From Lepidodermella squamata (lineage: Eukaryota > Animalia > Gastrotricha): DNA of 64,000 nt. Positions 12,514 through 26,000 of this stretch are shown here, piece by piece (the stretch's first letter is position 1; each line of letters starts with the position of its first letter). The notes beneath the pieces were generated by a model that saw only the letters and a program-made list of their open reading frames with translations, was not told the DNA's origin and made no database searches. The stretch covers positions 4,898,001-4,962,000 of the forward strand of contig JBLDXI010000042.1 of assembly GCA_047495785.1 (NCBI GenBank), read 5' to 3'. The position numbers and the translations under genes are program-made.

Positions 12514-14313
12514 TTTAGGATGAGATATTATTGTTGTTGATAGTATCAAATTTTCGTTATTGTATATGTTTTGGGATATATTTCCGCGATATATGCCGTG
12601 AAAAATGGATTTTTCCTATTACAACAACACAATATAGCTGCCGTTGCTGTCGGTATATAATTGACGCGCCAAGTCAGTATAAATCGTAAAAATGCAGTGT
12701 CACAAATCTTCTCGCGCCGGCGTGTAATAAAAATTCGCCTCTTTTGTAAGTATACGCAGATGATATAGCATATAATTCAACTGCGCGTGCGCGCAGATGT
12801 CACATCGCGCGCGCTTCCCCTCGCCTCCCAATAAAATGAATCGCGAACATATTTTCCGACTTGTCATCCATATTATACTATAATATCCATCCGTCCGATG
12901 CATACGTCGTCCGATTATAGCAGGCGATCAATAGTGCTATTTCTGCGAATTTTGATGTGTTAAAACTTTTGTACTGCCTGCGATTGTCCTCGCGCGGGAG
13001 CAAGCGGACGGATATCCGGAATGATGATTCCACTTGCAAGAATGAAATCGCAGCAGAAAATAATATTTCTTGCTCCGGTTTCCTTAGAATTAGGGTTATT
13101 GCGCGTTACATAAGCCTTGCCCGAAATAGAAAGTGATGGCAAAATTGACATCCGGGATTTCTTCAGGAAATCCGGTTGCTTTTGCTTCCGGAGGAAAATC
13201 CCAGGTCCACGCATTCAAGAATTATTGGAAGAAAAGGAAAGTTTTGGAAAATAATTTGGAAAATACAAATAAAACAGATTTTCTGTTTCTTATGATAGAA
13301 ATTTATGATAAATCCTTAAACCTTAAAGCGGTCAAGGCCCGCTGCATCAAATTAACCAAGACCATTTTGGTTAATTCCTTCCCACTCCCGTCGAGTTCTC
13401 GCTATGCCACGACCAGTATCCCAGCTTAAAAACTTGAGTCTTGATCCCAGAGCTTTGGATTTGATTTGATTTGATTTACGGCTTGAATCACTGACCCCTT
13501 TCAATCAATCAAAACCAATCAATGTCCCACTTTCACGGAACTAAATCAATCAAATCAAATCATTGACACCGATAAAAGTTGATCACCAAAATTTTCTTTG
13601 AAGAGCTCATCCTGGGCCCAGGATCGTTGAGAAATGCCTCGCTTAGGACCACACAGGCATCCACATCATGTCAGATGTTTGCGTTTTGTTATGATTTCAT
13701 TAGTGTACCGGTCAATTTATGTTTATACCCATACCAGCAACCTGTTTTCTACTGGCTGGTATATGCGACAAGTTTCAACGTCTGGGCCGATTGCAAGCGC
13801 GAAGTAGGATCCTCGAACTAGGGGATATTTGCGCTGAAAAACGGAATTCAAGTTGAGTTATGAAAAAATGACTGAACTGCGCTCGGCAACTTCATGTATT
13901 TATCAATATTCTGTCAATCGATCTGATTATAATATCATGTCTGCTATTGGTCGTATGACATTTCGGCCCACGACTTTTCAGCCCCGACTTTTTAGTCCCG
14001 TCAATTGAGCCGGAGGACAATTCAGCCCGCGACTTAAGAGCCCATGTTCAAATAAAAATGAGCCCAAAATGTTTATTTCAAAGACGAAATTTCCACATTC
14101 GACATTTTAGCCGCATCTCCGGAGCTAATTGTTCGACATCTCAGCATTCCCTAGGATAGCTGTGCACATATAGAAGTAAAGAAAAACATCAACCTCGTTT
14201 ATTCATAACCACAATTCCATCTACGCATAGTCACATGCTTTGAATACGGCTCTACTCAAACTCTACTGAGCCAAGTCTTTACGATCATATCAATCATTCA
14301 CCTGAGAAGCTGA

Positions 14314-17300
14314 TCAGCTGATGCAAGCGAACGGAAATCGTTCAAATATTCCACGATTCGGATAGTAACATGGGTGTAGCTGCAGCTGACCATCGGCCAA
14401 CCAATAGCCTACAAATGTGACATAAAGCGCGCATAAAGCATTAAATTCGCAAAGATTGTCAACTCACAGTGCTGCTTAGGGTCCGGAGCAGGATTATTCT
14501 CTATGCTAATAAGTGCGCTGTCGAATTCCTCGCCTGATATCCACTTTTTCTCAGCTAGATCGATTCGCCTGCCGTCTAGCCACAGCGATGAGTCGAGCTC
14601 AGCAGCTTTATCGCTCACAAAGCTGTTTGTAGCGTCATCTTTCACCACAGGCAATGTCTTGTTCAGCGACTTGCACAGGTCCGAAGCAGCCGACCAATTA
14701 GCAGGTTGAGTTAGCATAGTGTAGTCTGACAAGTCCTGTATCATAGGTCCCATTTTCCCACGAGCTACTTTTTTCAAGTAAAAATGACTCACTTTGCCGA
14801 CGCACAGCACATTACTAAGGGTTTTCAAGCAGTTTTCACTAGAAATGCCATACTCCATAACAAGACCTGTCCGTCGAAAAACTCAAAATTATAGCGCAAC
14901 AAGATTACTGTAGACGTAGTAATTTTCGTGTGGATTAATTTTCGCGTTTTGACAAAACTTCCAAGTCAAATTTGCCGCCGATCAAAGGCAAAATGCCGAA
15001 ATCGATCGCCGCGAATTTAAAAATATCGCGCAAATAACTACTTTACGTTAGTCTCCTAAATCGTAAAAATAGTTAATAGTAATTTAGCAAAGCCAAATGG
15101 TGCATTTCTAAATTCCAACCTAGAAACTGCACCGCGTATCGCAATTGAAGTGCAAAATGGTTTGATGCTCTTCAAGACTTTTCTTACTTAGTACAATTTT
15201 CATATTCTGGAAAGGAAGAATTGAGCTTACAAGATCCGCTGGAGCCCGGGCCATTGCTATTCCAGTACGGTGACAACATGTCGACTATTGAGTTGTCTTG
15301 TTCCCAGCGGAAAACGTGTGTCAAGCCAACGGTAACGGAGGGGTTACTAGCAGCAACAAGCACGATTTTCAAAGCCGCCAAGTCAGCCGGGGTGGGGAAC
15401 GTAGCGAGACGGCCACCGTAATATGCGCACATGGAGTTTACATAGCCGTAAGGGCCGGAAACCTTCAGTAAGAAGTACGTTCTGTTTGAGCCCTGTGCGG
15501 GAATGTCCAGTTGGCATATGGCGTGATTAATTGCGAATGTCGATGCAGTAGTGAACGTTTTAACCTTCAACAATCAAAATTAAATAAGACGATTGACAAG
15601 CAAAATGTGGCTCACTCGGGTAGTTCCAGCAGGGCAGGTGTTGTAACACTTCTTGCCGGTTGGCGTGTTGCATTGCACAGCATACTGGTGATGAAATATA
15701 AGCTTATAGCACCTTGATAGTAGACAATAGTTTTACCCAAGACTCGCAGTTTTCCTTAGTGCGGAAGACACCAATCGAGTACTCGCCCGTTTCGTTTGCG
15801 AAGCAGCCGGTGCTGTTAAGACGGCAGGCCGTGAACCTGCCATCTGCCACATTGAAACACCGCTTGTGAGGCTGCCTGTTGTCAATCAGCGTAGCTGAAT
15901 TTACGGAAACAGGAACATGGTTTTTTACTGAAGCTCTCTTGTAAAACACTCACCGTCCTCAGTTTGAAGACAAGCTTCGAGACTTTTGAGTTTCGTTTTG
16001 CCCTTGACCTGGAAAAAAAATATATTTGAGAATTAGCAACATCAATGCAATAGGAACAAGCATAGTGTAATAATAGGTTTTCTTCGAAGCTTCATTGTAA
16101 TTTCAAATAGGTCGATCATACATCTTCCCCTTTGCATGGAATTCCGCTTGGCAGACACATGGTTAATCGACCTCCATCAGGTTCTACACAGGCGTCGAAG
16201 GTCTTGCTCTGCAAGATAACGAAAAATAAGCTGGCATGCTGGCATGCTGTAAAAAAAAGTATTTTCACCGTAAAATTTGTTTCAAAGGCCTTGCATTGCG
16301 CGAAATTGGATCGCAATCGGTACAAATTGTTGAAGGATCCGCTGACCTTTACGTAGATGAATAGAAGAAATAATTTCTCAGTCAAACTAAAAAGGCATTT
16401 GAAAATAACAGTTTGCTGTAGTCAGAGTCAGAACTATAACAGATCGAAAACTAACGATCTCTTCATAAGTGATAATGTTATTCACGGTCGGAGGTTTTTC
16501 ACTCCGACTATGTAAAATTAGACACGAAATTCGACTGCTCTCAACAGAGCCTGATCATCCATTAGGCAAGTAGGGCAGTTGCCTTAGGGCCCGATGAAAT
16601 TTTGGCAAATCAGTTAAAAACTAAAGGGGCCCCTTACCATCAAGGGCCTGCTTGGGCCAGATCTGCGATTTGCCTTAGGGCCCTTGGTAATTTTCAGGTG
16701 TCATGATCCGGCACTGGTTCTCAAGTAAGCTTTTATAAACCGCGTGTTTACTGGCAACACTGCCAACAAGCGCAAATTCTTCGAAAATGCTCGAAAAAAT
16801 AATAAACAATAATAATTAAAATTAAAATAAATTCGGAACATTTTATATTGTCGGATAGAGGACATTCTGACCGTTTACAGCATAATTTTCTTTGGTTATT
16901 TCAATTGTTATTTTGATACTTATTATCATCAGAACATTGATCGAGTGTCTAATCTATAACTTTGTTTTCTCCTACTACACATTTCCTGTCCTAAATCTGA
17001 ACTTGTCCTGCAATTATATGTTGTTTTCCCTAACATTGACAAGCTGCCCTCTCTTGGGCGTATGGGCTTTCAAATAAAAATAAAATAAATAAAAATAATT
17101 CGATATCCCTGAAATAATTCGAAACAGCTTTTGATTTGATTTGAAACGAAAGTGATTTCACGGCATCACTAAAGAATAATGTTAGAATTACCTGAATCTC
17201 ACCGTCTTTGCAGGCATGACTGCCCGTTCTACAGCGTGTCGTGAATGTCGACAATTTGTAACACAGCCTAGCCGTCTGTAATAGGGCAAATGATGAGTTG

Positions 17301-17581
17301 TAGGATGGTCGACTTGGAAAATAATGGCAAACCCACGGCTTTCATGCACATAGATCGGAAAAGGTACTTTCTACCATACTGAGCAACAGCAAAAATCAAT
17401 AGCCTGAAATGATAGCGCAATGGCTCACCGCATATTCTTTCAAAAGATTGCAGCCATTTGGCATCTTGCGACAATTTGTAAACGAGTCGTCGAACTGTGA
17501 GAAACAGCGAACCCAGACGCTGCATTGCGCCATGCCAATCAAAGTAGCCGTTAGGACGGCATATTTCAGATCAAAAAACAT
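14314..17581 (-). CDS. Secreted protein with about five 4-Cys modules and two C-type lectin-like domains, many small exons
   Basis: MFFDLKYAVLTATLIGMAQC signal; CTLD motifs MCAYYGGRLAT...VGLTHVFRWEQ and NWSAASDLCKSLNKTLPVV...LWLDG...HPCYY...FACIS*; exons bounded by GT-AG. Confidence 0.8.
16545..16716. mobile_element. hAT-type MITE in an intron of the lectin gene
   Basis: 14-bp TIR cagagcctgatcat / atgatccggcactg (2 mismatches); 8-bp TSD gctctcaa / gttctcaa; internal ttgccttagggccc twice. Confidence 0.8.
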
Positions 17582-18253
17582 TTATTTCCCCTTTTCGGAA
17601 AAATGAAAATTTATTAAATGATTCGTTCACCGGAAACAGACACAGTGGTTTCATTTACAAACACGTGATTCGGTCACGCGAGTTCTCTCTGAATGAAAAT
17701 CGCGTGAGCGACAGTTGTTGACTGCTTTTTCACGATAACGGACCGGGCTGGCGGGGTGCTAGTGATTTTGACCGAGAACCAAATGGACGGACGAAAAAAA
17801 TAATTTGGTTGAACGAAATTCTCTCAATGAAAATTCAAGATCGCGCGTGTGGCTGTTGTTGACTGTTTTTTTTCAACCAAGAAATTAGTATCTGACTTCA
17901 ATACAATCATTCAGCTATAGGGTCTTTCAGCTGCGTGCATTTTCTATAATTAGATAGCCACTGATTTATGATATAGGTATTTGATAATTACAAATCAGTC
18001 GTCGCCTCTTCATTTCCTCGTATCACAAGGTAAAGAAGTAGAAAATGAAAGCGGAGCACAAAAAATTGAAAGGGCGCATTATGCGCCTCCAACCGGTGAA
18101 CTTCGAGGATAGAAAACCCAATAACTCCCAGCTCAAGTTTACGATAAAGGCAAGAAAAAATATTGAATGCTAAGAAGCAAAACAAACCATTTCGCAAGTT
18201 TTATACCTGAGTTCCCGATAAATTTACCCAGATATCAATATCTTCCATCAGAT

Positions 18254-18336
18254 GACATGGTGGTGCAGTGGTCACTAGTGCGCTGATTGATGTCACCTTA
18301 CCAGGTTCTGTTCCTAGTCCAGCAGACCAACTTTTT
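18254..18336 (+). pseudogene. Degenerate tRNA-like / SINE-head fragment
   Basis: A-box-like TGGTGCAGTGG and B-box-like GGTTCTGTTCC at tRNA spacing, then TTTTT; no clean cloverleaf. Confidence 0.35.
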
Positions 18337-19368
18337 AACAGTTTTTCTGATTAGGCAAAACTTTGAATTATCGCGAAACAGCGGCCTCAAGCCGTTCGGC
18401 AGCACACCAGTCAATTGATAATTAATTGATTTAATCCGGGTAGCAGACGCTATGGTCGGAAAATTTGGAAGCTATATACATTAAACGTCATGCCTTAAGT
18501 GATCGATTTTTTCAAATGTTGTCTCATATTTCTCACGAAAAGAAATTATCAAGACTGAGCAGCAATTGCCCACCTCAAATCTTATACCACGTGAAAGAGC
18601 AGCTCGCGTTCTATAGGCATGCAAAATTTGGTAGAAAACGGAGATATCCGTTTTGAGAGCGCACTTCTATAATAATGGAGATCACTATTTCAGCTTGAGT
18701 GCTTACTCTGGTCATTTTTTTCTCTATGCGTTTACCATGATACCAGAATTTTGCGATAGAATATGATAGTCGTTGTTGCACGATGTTTCGAAATCGAGAA
18801 TCAGCTTTCGAGGAAAGCTATCTATAAATCGCATGGAAAATGTCTGCTCCGTCATTGTTTTTAGTTCATCCTATGCTGACAATTTCGTCGGAGAAAGTAT
18901 TTTTATTTGCTTTTGTATAATAATTATTAACGAGCCAATTGTATAGATTGGACAATGCCTCCACTCTAATCACAAAAATGATGAGATCTAGCAATTAAGG
19001 GTTTGTTGCATACAGCTACAAGCGTGCGTTTAAGCCGCCAGCGACAACCTACAGTGTTGCCAATGAGTGGAACAACAAACTAGCACGTCCCCATGAGATA
19101 TACCTATGCTAGATAAACGATTTTCTGCAGAAATACAAACTTCAGGATATGAGTTTTTTGTTGAAAATTTACTGCAGAGCACAAGCGTCAACTACATTCA
19201 GAAAATAGCAGATTATAAGTTATTCATTTCGCATCGCCAGACAGCTTTACTCCAGGACGGCAATTAGCAGCTATTAGCAAATAGCTTCCTTATCAGAGGG
19301 CGGATTAACGGATCATACACCACGCTTGAGAAACAAGTGACATCGCCGATTCCCCAATAACATTGAAA

Positions 19369-22300
19369 ATGGCGTTTCAGCATAACCTCGCGCTATGGTA
19401 CCTGCTTGCTTCAACAGCTGCTTCAGGTTTACAAAACTAAAAGAAGTCAGCTTTCTATGTAACTTGAGTCCTTTTGCAGTATTTGTTTGGACCCAGTTGA
19501 TTGAACCTATTCCGCTAACAGATTACGTCCCACTTCCTAGCGCTTTCGCAGGGAAACCGCGTTTGATTCGAAATCATTCGTTCGATAAAACCAACAGTAG
19601 CCTCAATGGCAACGCCGTCATGACAACTCTGTGGAACTACCCGATAACAACGGTAGCCGATGGATATCAGCTCAACTCGATGAATAACACCAGTCGTTCA
19701 TCGGGCATGGGTAGTTTTTTCGTCATGAGCCAGCGTATCGCCGATGATATGTACCCTATGCGCATTGAATTCGAAGTTGTGGCGCGGTACAAAACCGTCA
19801 ACTCCAGCGCTTGGTTTGGCTTCTTCATGAGTCATTACATGGCTGCAGATTTAGGTGACATTTACGTTCTGCTTCAGCCTAGAACATTCAGAGAAAATTA
19901 ATCGGACGCTAAGATTTTGAAGGGAAGAGATTAAGAAAGGACAACTCCAGCGAAAAACCATTTCTGTTTAAAATTTAGGTAAAACCAGCAGCCAAGCTAC
20001 AGACTTCGATACATTTTCGTCCTATGGCGTTGGCATATCGTTGTGGCAGAAACTGGAGATGGGAGGACGGCTTTATGCCAGCTTTAATGACAGCGTCTAC
20101 ACCGTGAAGACGAGAAATGCTTCGCTGCCATTCAAAAACACGTTCGCCTCACTACCCGGATGTGGCAGCAGCGCCATTCTTGACTCATCGGGTAGATCCA
20201 ACTACCGAATGGTACTACAGGCCGTGGGTTCAAAGCTGAACGTAAGCAAATTTGAATTCCGGTATTGAAATTCGGTTACACCTTTTCGGTAGGTTCCCTT
20301 TGTCTGGTGCGACGATTTTACCAGCCGCAACTTGCTTCACCGACCTGGATATCACCAACTTCCCAAAGCTGCTGTACCTGTGGTCAGCCCAAGCTGATTT
20401 TGCCGCAATCTACGGAGCCGATGGAGATGTTCTCATCAGGAAATTGTGAGTTGCTGAGAAACCAGAAAAATTCGTTTGATGAAAATTCTCGTCCCATAGT
20501 AATACGTGGCAACTTAAAGCAACCATAACACCAAATCCTGACTTCTACTCGCTTCAGCTTCCCGATGGCATGGGTGGCCCAACTCAGCATTCACCTATGG
20601 CAAGCTTTGATTCAAACATCCCTGACACGGTTGCTGCTTCGGTCTTCGACACAGCATGGCTTTCGAGTGGAGGATATGTTCTCACTAACGCCTCGAGTCC
20701 TAACGGCAGTAGAAAACTGAGGATTATGGTAGGAATTCAGAATGTGTTGACATCAGTTATGAGATTTGCTCGAGATTTATTCGGATGTAGCAGGCAGATA
20801 AAGCCTCTAAATACAACATAATATTGCATTGGATCTCCAAATGCTGCTATATACTAATATTGTGCCTGTTTTTTTGGCTTTGTGGCTATCAATGCTTGGG
20901 CATGCCAATGCGCATCGAGATTGATATAGAAGTTCGGTATAAAACCGACGGATCGCAAGCCTGGCTTGGAATAACCCCAACACTCGAAAACTATGGAGAA
21001 GATGCCCTAGATTGGCATAAATTAGGCAAGTGGATAATTTCTCCGTCTTTTAATCGCTGATTTCTTTTGTTTGAAGAGAGTGTACAAAATAACACAATTC
21101 ACGACGGCCTTTCCAATACGATTGGAACGTATTTCTGGCAGCGATTGGGCCTCAACGCCGGCGAGTTCTACGGCAGTCAAATATTCCCAAAGGTCTCTCA
21201 GAAAACAGCTGTCCCTCTTAGTTACACTGCTTCCTCAACCGCTGGTTGTGGAGACACCTCGCTGTTTGATACATCTGGCATAGCTCGCTATCGGCTTTAC
21301 ATTCAAGGTCCACAAACTCAAACAATAAGAGTAAGAAGACTTTGATAATGTAATGTCTTTTACAAGGATGGTTTCATACTTCCTATCCTAGCTATCAATA
21401 AGTCGCCTGCCAGCTGACAAAACTGCCAACGTCTGCTTTTACACTTCGCCCAACTTTACTTACGATGCCACGACGCATTTGTTCATCTATGGTTTAAATG
21501 GAGGAAACGCTTCAATCACGATTCTCAATCTGTAAGAGAGCAGCTGTATGACTCAGCGTAAAATAATGGTTTTTCCTGTTACACTAGAAACGTATGGTAT
21601 CTCACCGCTGGCTCCAACACCACAATGCAAAGACCTTCGACTTCTTCAACTACGTCAACTACAACGACGAGTACCACTACCACGACTAAACCAACCACTA
21701 GAACATCGTCAACGCCATCTACTCCTCCTCCAACTTCACCTACCACTACCACTGGAATCTTTACAACGACTAGGACCGCTTCCAGTTCTGCTTCCTCGAA
21801 GCCCCAATCAAGCGAGAGTGCGACTCAAGCTATGCCTATTGTCGATCCTCAGACCGGCTTCCCGATTCCAGCTGTGATTGAGGGAAATGTCCCACCGAAA
21901 GTACAAATTGAGGACATCATGCCATGCCCATTGATATCAATCCAACAGCGAGTCCCCGAGGTCGGCACCAAAATCTGGGCAACTTTTTCCATCGAGCGGC
22001 TTGTAGCCCTGGATCAATCTGAACAAAACATGGCTTTATGGGGTGCCTTATTGCTGCAATGGGTCGTCTCTTCCTGCGACAGTTCCTACACTGCCCCGAA
22101 TAGCGATGAAAAGGAGCGACTTGTTTCAACCAAGCGAACCGACATTTGGCGGCCATCTGTCATTTTCGCCAACTCGACAACCGATTTCTATCTGACCAAC
22201 CCCGTGTACGGTGATAAGATGGAAATCGTCTATACTATCCAACGGTGCCTAATCGAACGCTAATTTTCCACTGGAACCGAGTTGGCATGTTCCGAGCTGG

Positions 22301-23007
22301 TTGTAAACTTGATCTGACGCTGTTTCCTTTCGACGACCAGACCTGTGATTTCATGTTCCAACTTGATGAACCGGCGAGTTTTATCGCATTTGGAGGGATG
22401 GTTGTCGAAACTTCGACTAGTTTGTCTATGGGTGTGTGGAATCTCAAGTCGCAGAACATGACGCTTGGAACTTTCACGTGGCGAGCCATGCAACTCTCGT
22501 TTGCAAAGGTTTGCCAGCCATTTCATTACACAGGATTAGGACGAATGATTTATACTTCTCTTAGGTAACACTGAACTACAAACGAGATCCCGCTTATTAC
22601 ATGCTGAACCTTATCATTCCTTGATACATTCTGGTCGCCCTTGCCTTCGCCACTTTCCTCATGGACCCTGCTTCCAGCGACCGCCCAGCAATCTGCTGCA
22701 CCCTCCTGTTGTCTCTAACGGTGGCTCAGGCTAACGTCCTCGCCAGTGTGCCGCAAACCAGTCACCAAATTCTGTTTGCCAACTATGTGCTGTGCCTCGC
22801 TGGTCTCGCTGCAGCCATCTTCATTTACGAATTTGTGCTGTCTGCTGTAGCTTCACGTGACAAAACTGGTAAATTCGAGCAGATCGTCCCGCTGAAAGGC
22901 CTGCCACAACTTACGCTGGCTCGTGTCTGCGACGTGCTGGCTTTCATGGCGCCTTCTTCATCCTTCTCGCCATCAATCTCTACTTAATCTCGGCTGCCAA
23001 CCTGTAA
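19369..23007 (+). pseudogene. Cys-loop ligand-gated ion channel (nAChR/5-HT3-like) with large extra N-terminal region; reading frame disrupted
   Basis: Signal peptide at 19369; two related N-terminal domains; Thr stalk; DIWRPSV, Cys-loop CKLDLTLFPFDDQTC, KRDPAYYMLNLIIP (M1), M2 TLLLSLTV, VPQTS, M3, M4. Lesions: frameshift near 22232, in-frame TGA 22622-22624, frameshift near 22949. Confidence 0.8.
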
Positions 23008-26000
23008 TTATGGCTATTGTGCTTGATCCAATGAAAGAATTGGGCGAGCAAGTATGCAGAAATATCAGCGTTGGAAGCTTAGAAGCAGAGTGCGTTGGAA
23101 TTGCCGAAATCTTTGAACTTTGAATAAAGCTCTATTGCACTTCGTACAGCATTGACTCTGCAACACGCCACGGCCATCTTATAGTTGTCATACCATCATA
23201 TAGTTGTTTTGGCATGTTATTTAGTGCCAGGTTTCGAAATTCAAAATGCCGAGCATCTTGGTAACATTCCCTATGATTTAGCGTCGGTTTTAATATTAGC
23301 GATTATTCTTTTTTTGCTGAAGTGTCAATGAGAGATGAGATTATTTTGCCGTCAGAAAAAACTGTCGACCTCATATTCTCAAGCGGACATGTCTTTGTTT
23401 CGATTTAGAGCGATTAATTGACCTGATTAGATGCGGATGCTGGCAAACAAATGACAACAACGGAGGACACAGAGTTAAGCGCCTAATCATCAGCGCAAAT
23501 CATCATGAAGCAGCATTATGTACGTGGAGTCCAGCTATAGAAGGGATCCAAGGTCCAAGTATCAACAATCCGCATTTTAGCCGCGCCCTCAAACTCATAG
23601 CAATCGCGTCATGCTATGACTAAATGTCATGCTTGATTAACAACGGTGAATCTAATTTTTGATTGTGACACGATTGTTTGCCCGCGGTTAATTAACTGCG
23701 GGATAACTATCTGGTAGAGACATTAAGCGATGAGATCGAATGCTGTTGCGAATAATGAAATCAGATGAAAAAAAACAGGTCTTCTCGGATGAATAGATCA
23801 GTCCTTAAAATGAGTTTTTCAAATGTCCATGTCAAATCAACCAATCGGCCCATCATTCTTCAAAAAAATGTAACAATATTGGAATTTTGAATTTTTTTTT
23901 TGGTAAAAATACGTCCGTTTTACAGTTTTAATACCGTATCGGTATGGGAGTTAATTTTTGGTGGGTTTCTCTAAAAACCAAAAGTTAAAAACCACCAAAA
24001 TACATTAATGTACTCTTGTTAGCTAGAGCTCCAATCGCCTGTATTCAATTTTTCATCGAATCTGCTGAACTTGTCATCTTTTCTGGCTCAGTGTCGTGCT
24101 TTTACTTTTCCAACAACTTCGACTCAAAGTCAAGCTGGTTTCTTAGCTAACGTTGCGAGCGCGTTTCCTCAAATTTGTAGAAATTACCAGGCCGAATGAA
24201 AATAATCGATTAATTGATTCTCCCATGGGTGTGCGACGTAGTATTTTTTCTTGACAAACCATTGCCGCCGCCGCATCAGTTCAAAAGCTATAAACACAGC
24301 GATATAACAATAATAAAAAAATGAAAAGTTTATGAAAATAATAATAAAACGTATTTCAGTATAAGCCCGGAAATGGCTGCAATTTTTTTATTAACGATTT
24401 TTTCTCTATTTGCTTAATTTAATAGTGAGGTAAAATAAATTGTATGGTTAAATCGAAATTCTTTGGCATTGAAACTTCCAGATTCGAATTTTAGATCAGA
24501 GACTTCATTTTGGCGCGTTGCTTCAACTTCGTCTCAATTAGGGTGGCGTTGTGATTGATTTTAGTCATATTAGTTACATTCTCGTCCTAGAATGTCGTTG
24601 CTATTAAATTCACAGCAAAATAATTTTTCCTTAATTATAAGGACGCGAAAAATAGGCAAAGTTATTTTGCTGACGGCATTGCAAAACTACCGAAATTCTC
24701 TCATAAATTCCGATAATTCCCCTCATTTTCAGAAATCACCTCAGTTCTAGGGAAAAGGTTCCGCGATAAACTTCCCAATGGTAAGCTTAGAAAATGAGAG
24801 TGGAAGTTATATTTAATAATTTTACTCATTCGCGTACTTAATATATTCAAGTCTTAATTCGTAATTCCTTTCCTTATCTCAGACAAAAGATTATCTCATC
24901 CGAAAATTCATCGATACGATTCGCAGCGTGTGCGGTTCTAAGTTGTATCAATTTCCCCCCTCAAATAGCAAACCACATGGTGTTTTCTTTACATATACTT
25001 TGTAATCTTCTGTCGTGGTGAAGCGATCGCGTTTTCCCCTCTTGTGGGCCAGTTGTGTATGTATAGTTCAGGCTATTTCGCAAGAACAACGCATGATTTA
25101 TTATTACGATTTATACTGGAAAGAAAAATACAAAACCGCTTTATACATTAAACATGCGTCGTCTAATAGCCGAAATCGGTGTTTTACGGGCGCCTGGAAA
25201 ATAACAATAATAGATCGCGATTTTTTCCGCTCACGCGCGCGAAAACTAATCGCACCTATTACGCGTTATATATACCAATATTTCCCTACCCGAAGTTAAT
25301 ATTTCTTCGATTTTTTTTCTTACCATCGATTGCTGCGTATCACAGCTTTCCGGGACATTAGCAGCGCTTAAAGCGGCGGTTATCCCTCTATTATAATCAG
25401 CATCAGATGGGATATAGGAACCTTGCTACAAGATATCAGAATGTTTTGCGTTATTATATCAAAATATTCTAGATTTTTCGTAGAAAATCGCAAATTTAAT
25501 TGTAAATATATTTGTATTTTTTTCCTAATTTATTTTGACCGATTAAAAGTCCTAACCACTTGGCTATATAAGCGTGGATTCTCGAAAAGATAAAATAAAA
25601 CCGCGGATCGATTTTGCTGCGCCCATTTCGCCCTCGCTCCTTGAGTCTGAAATGTTTGCCAGGTATATTTAACAGATGTCTCGCTTCATCGATACCATCT
25701 GCCAGATATGACGAAAAAAATGTCACACTTGTAACAATATTTGAAGGCTAAATATTGAATGATTATACCACTTTTTTGACACTGGGCAAACAAAACAATT
25801 TTTCGTTGAGATGTATGTAGAAAATCAATCATTTTCTTCACAGCCACGATATAGATTTTGTTATTAATCTAAATTACTTATAATATACGTGTTTTTTGCA
25901 AATATATCGAGTGAGAGCGAGCGAAAGTGCGAGCGCGTGCGCGTTCTTTCAAGCGTGACGGCGCCCGACAACATAATTACAGGCGATTTAGTGCGACAAA

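Noticed and set aside
13440-14050. GATTT/AAATC inverted microsatellite and a single foldback-like arm
   Set aside because: No definable termini or TSD.
22622-22624. In-frame TGA at a conserved Cys position as selenocysteine or readthrough
   Set aside because: The same gene has two frameshifts and I saw no convincing SECIS hairpin downstream; a nonsense mutation is simpler.
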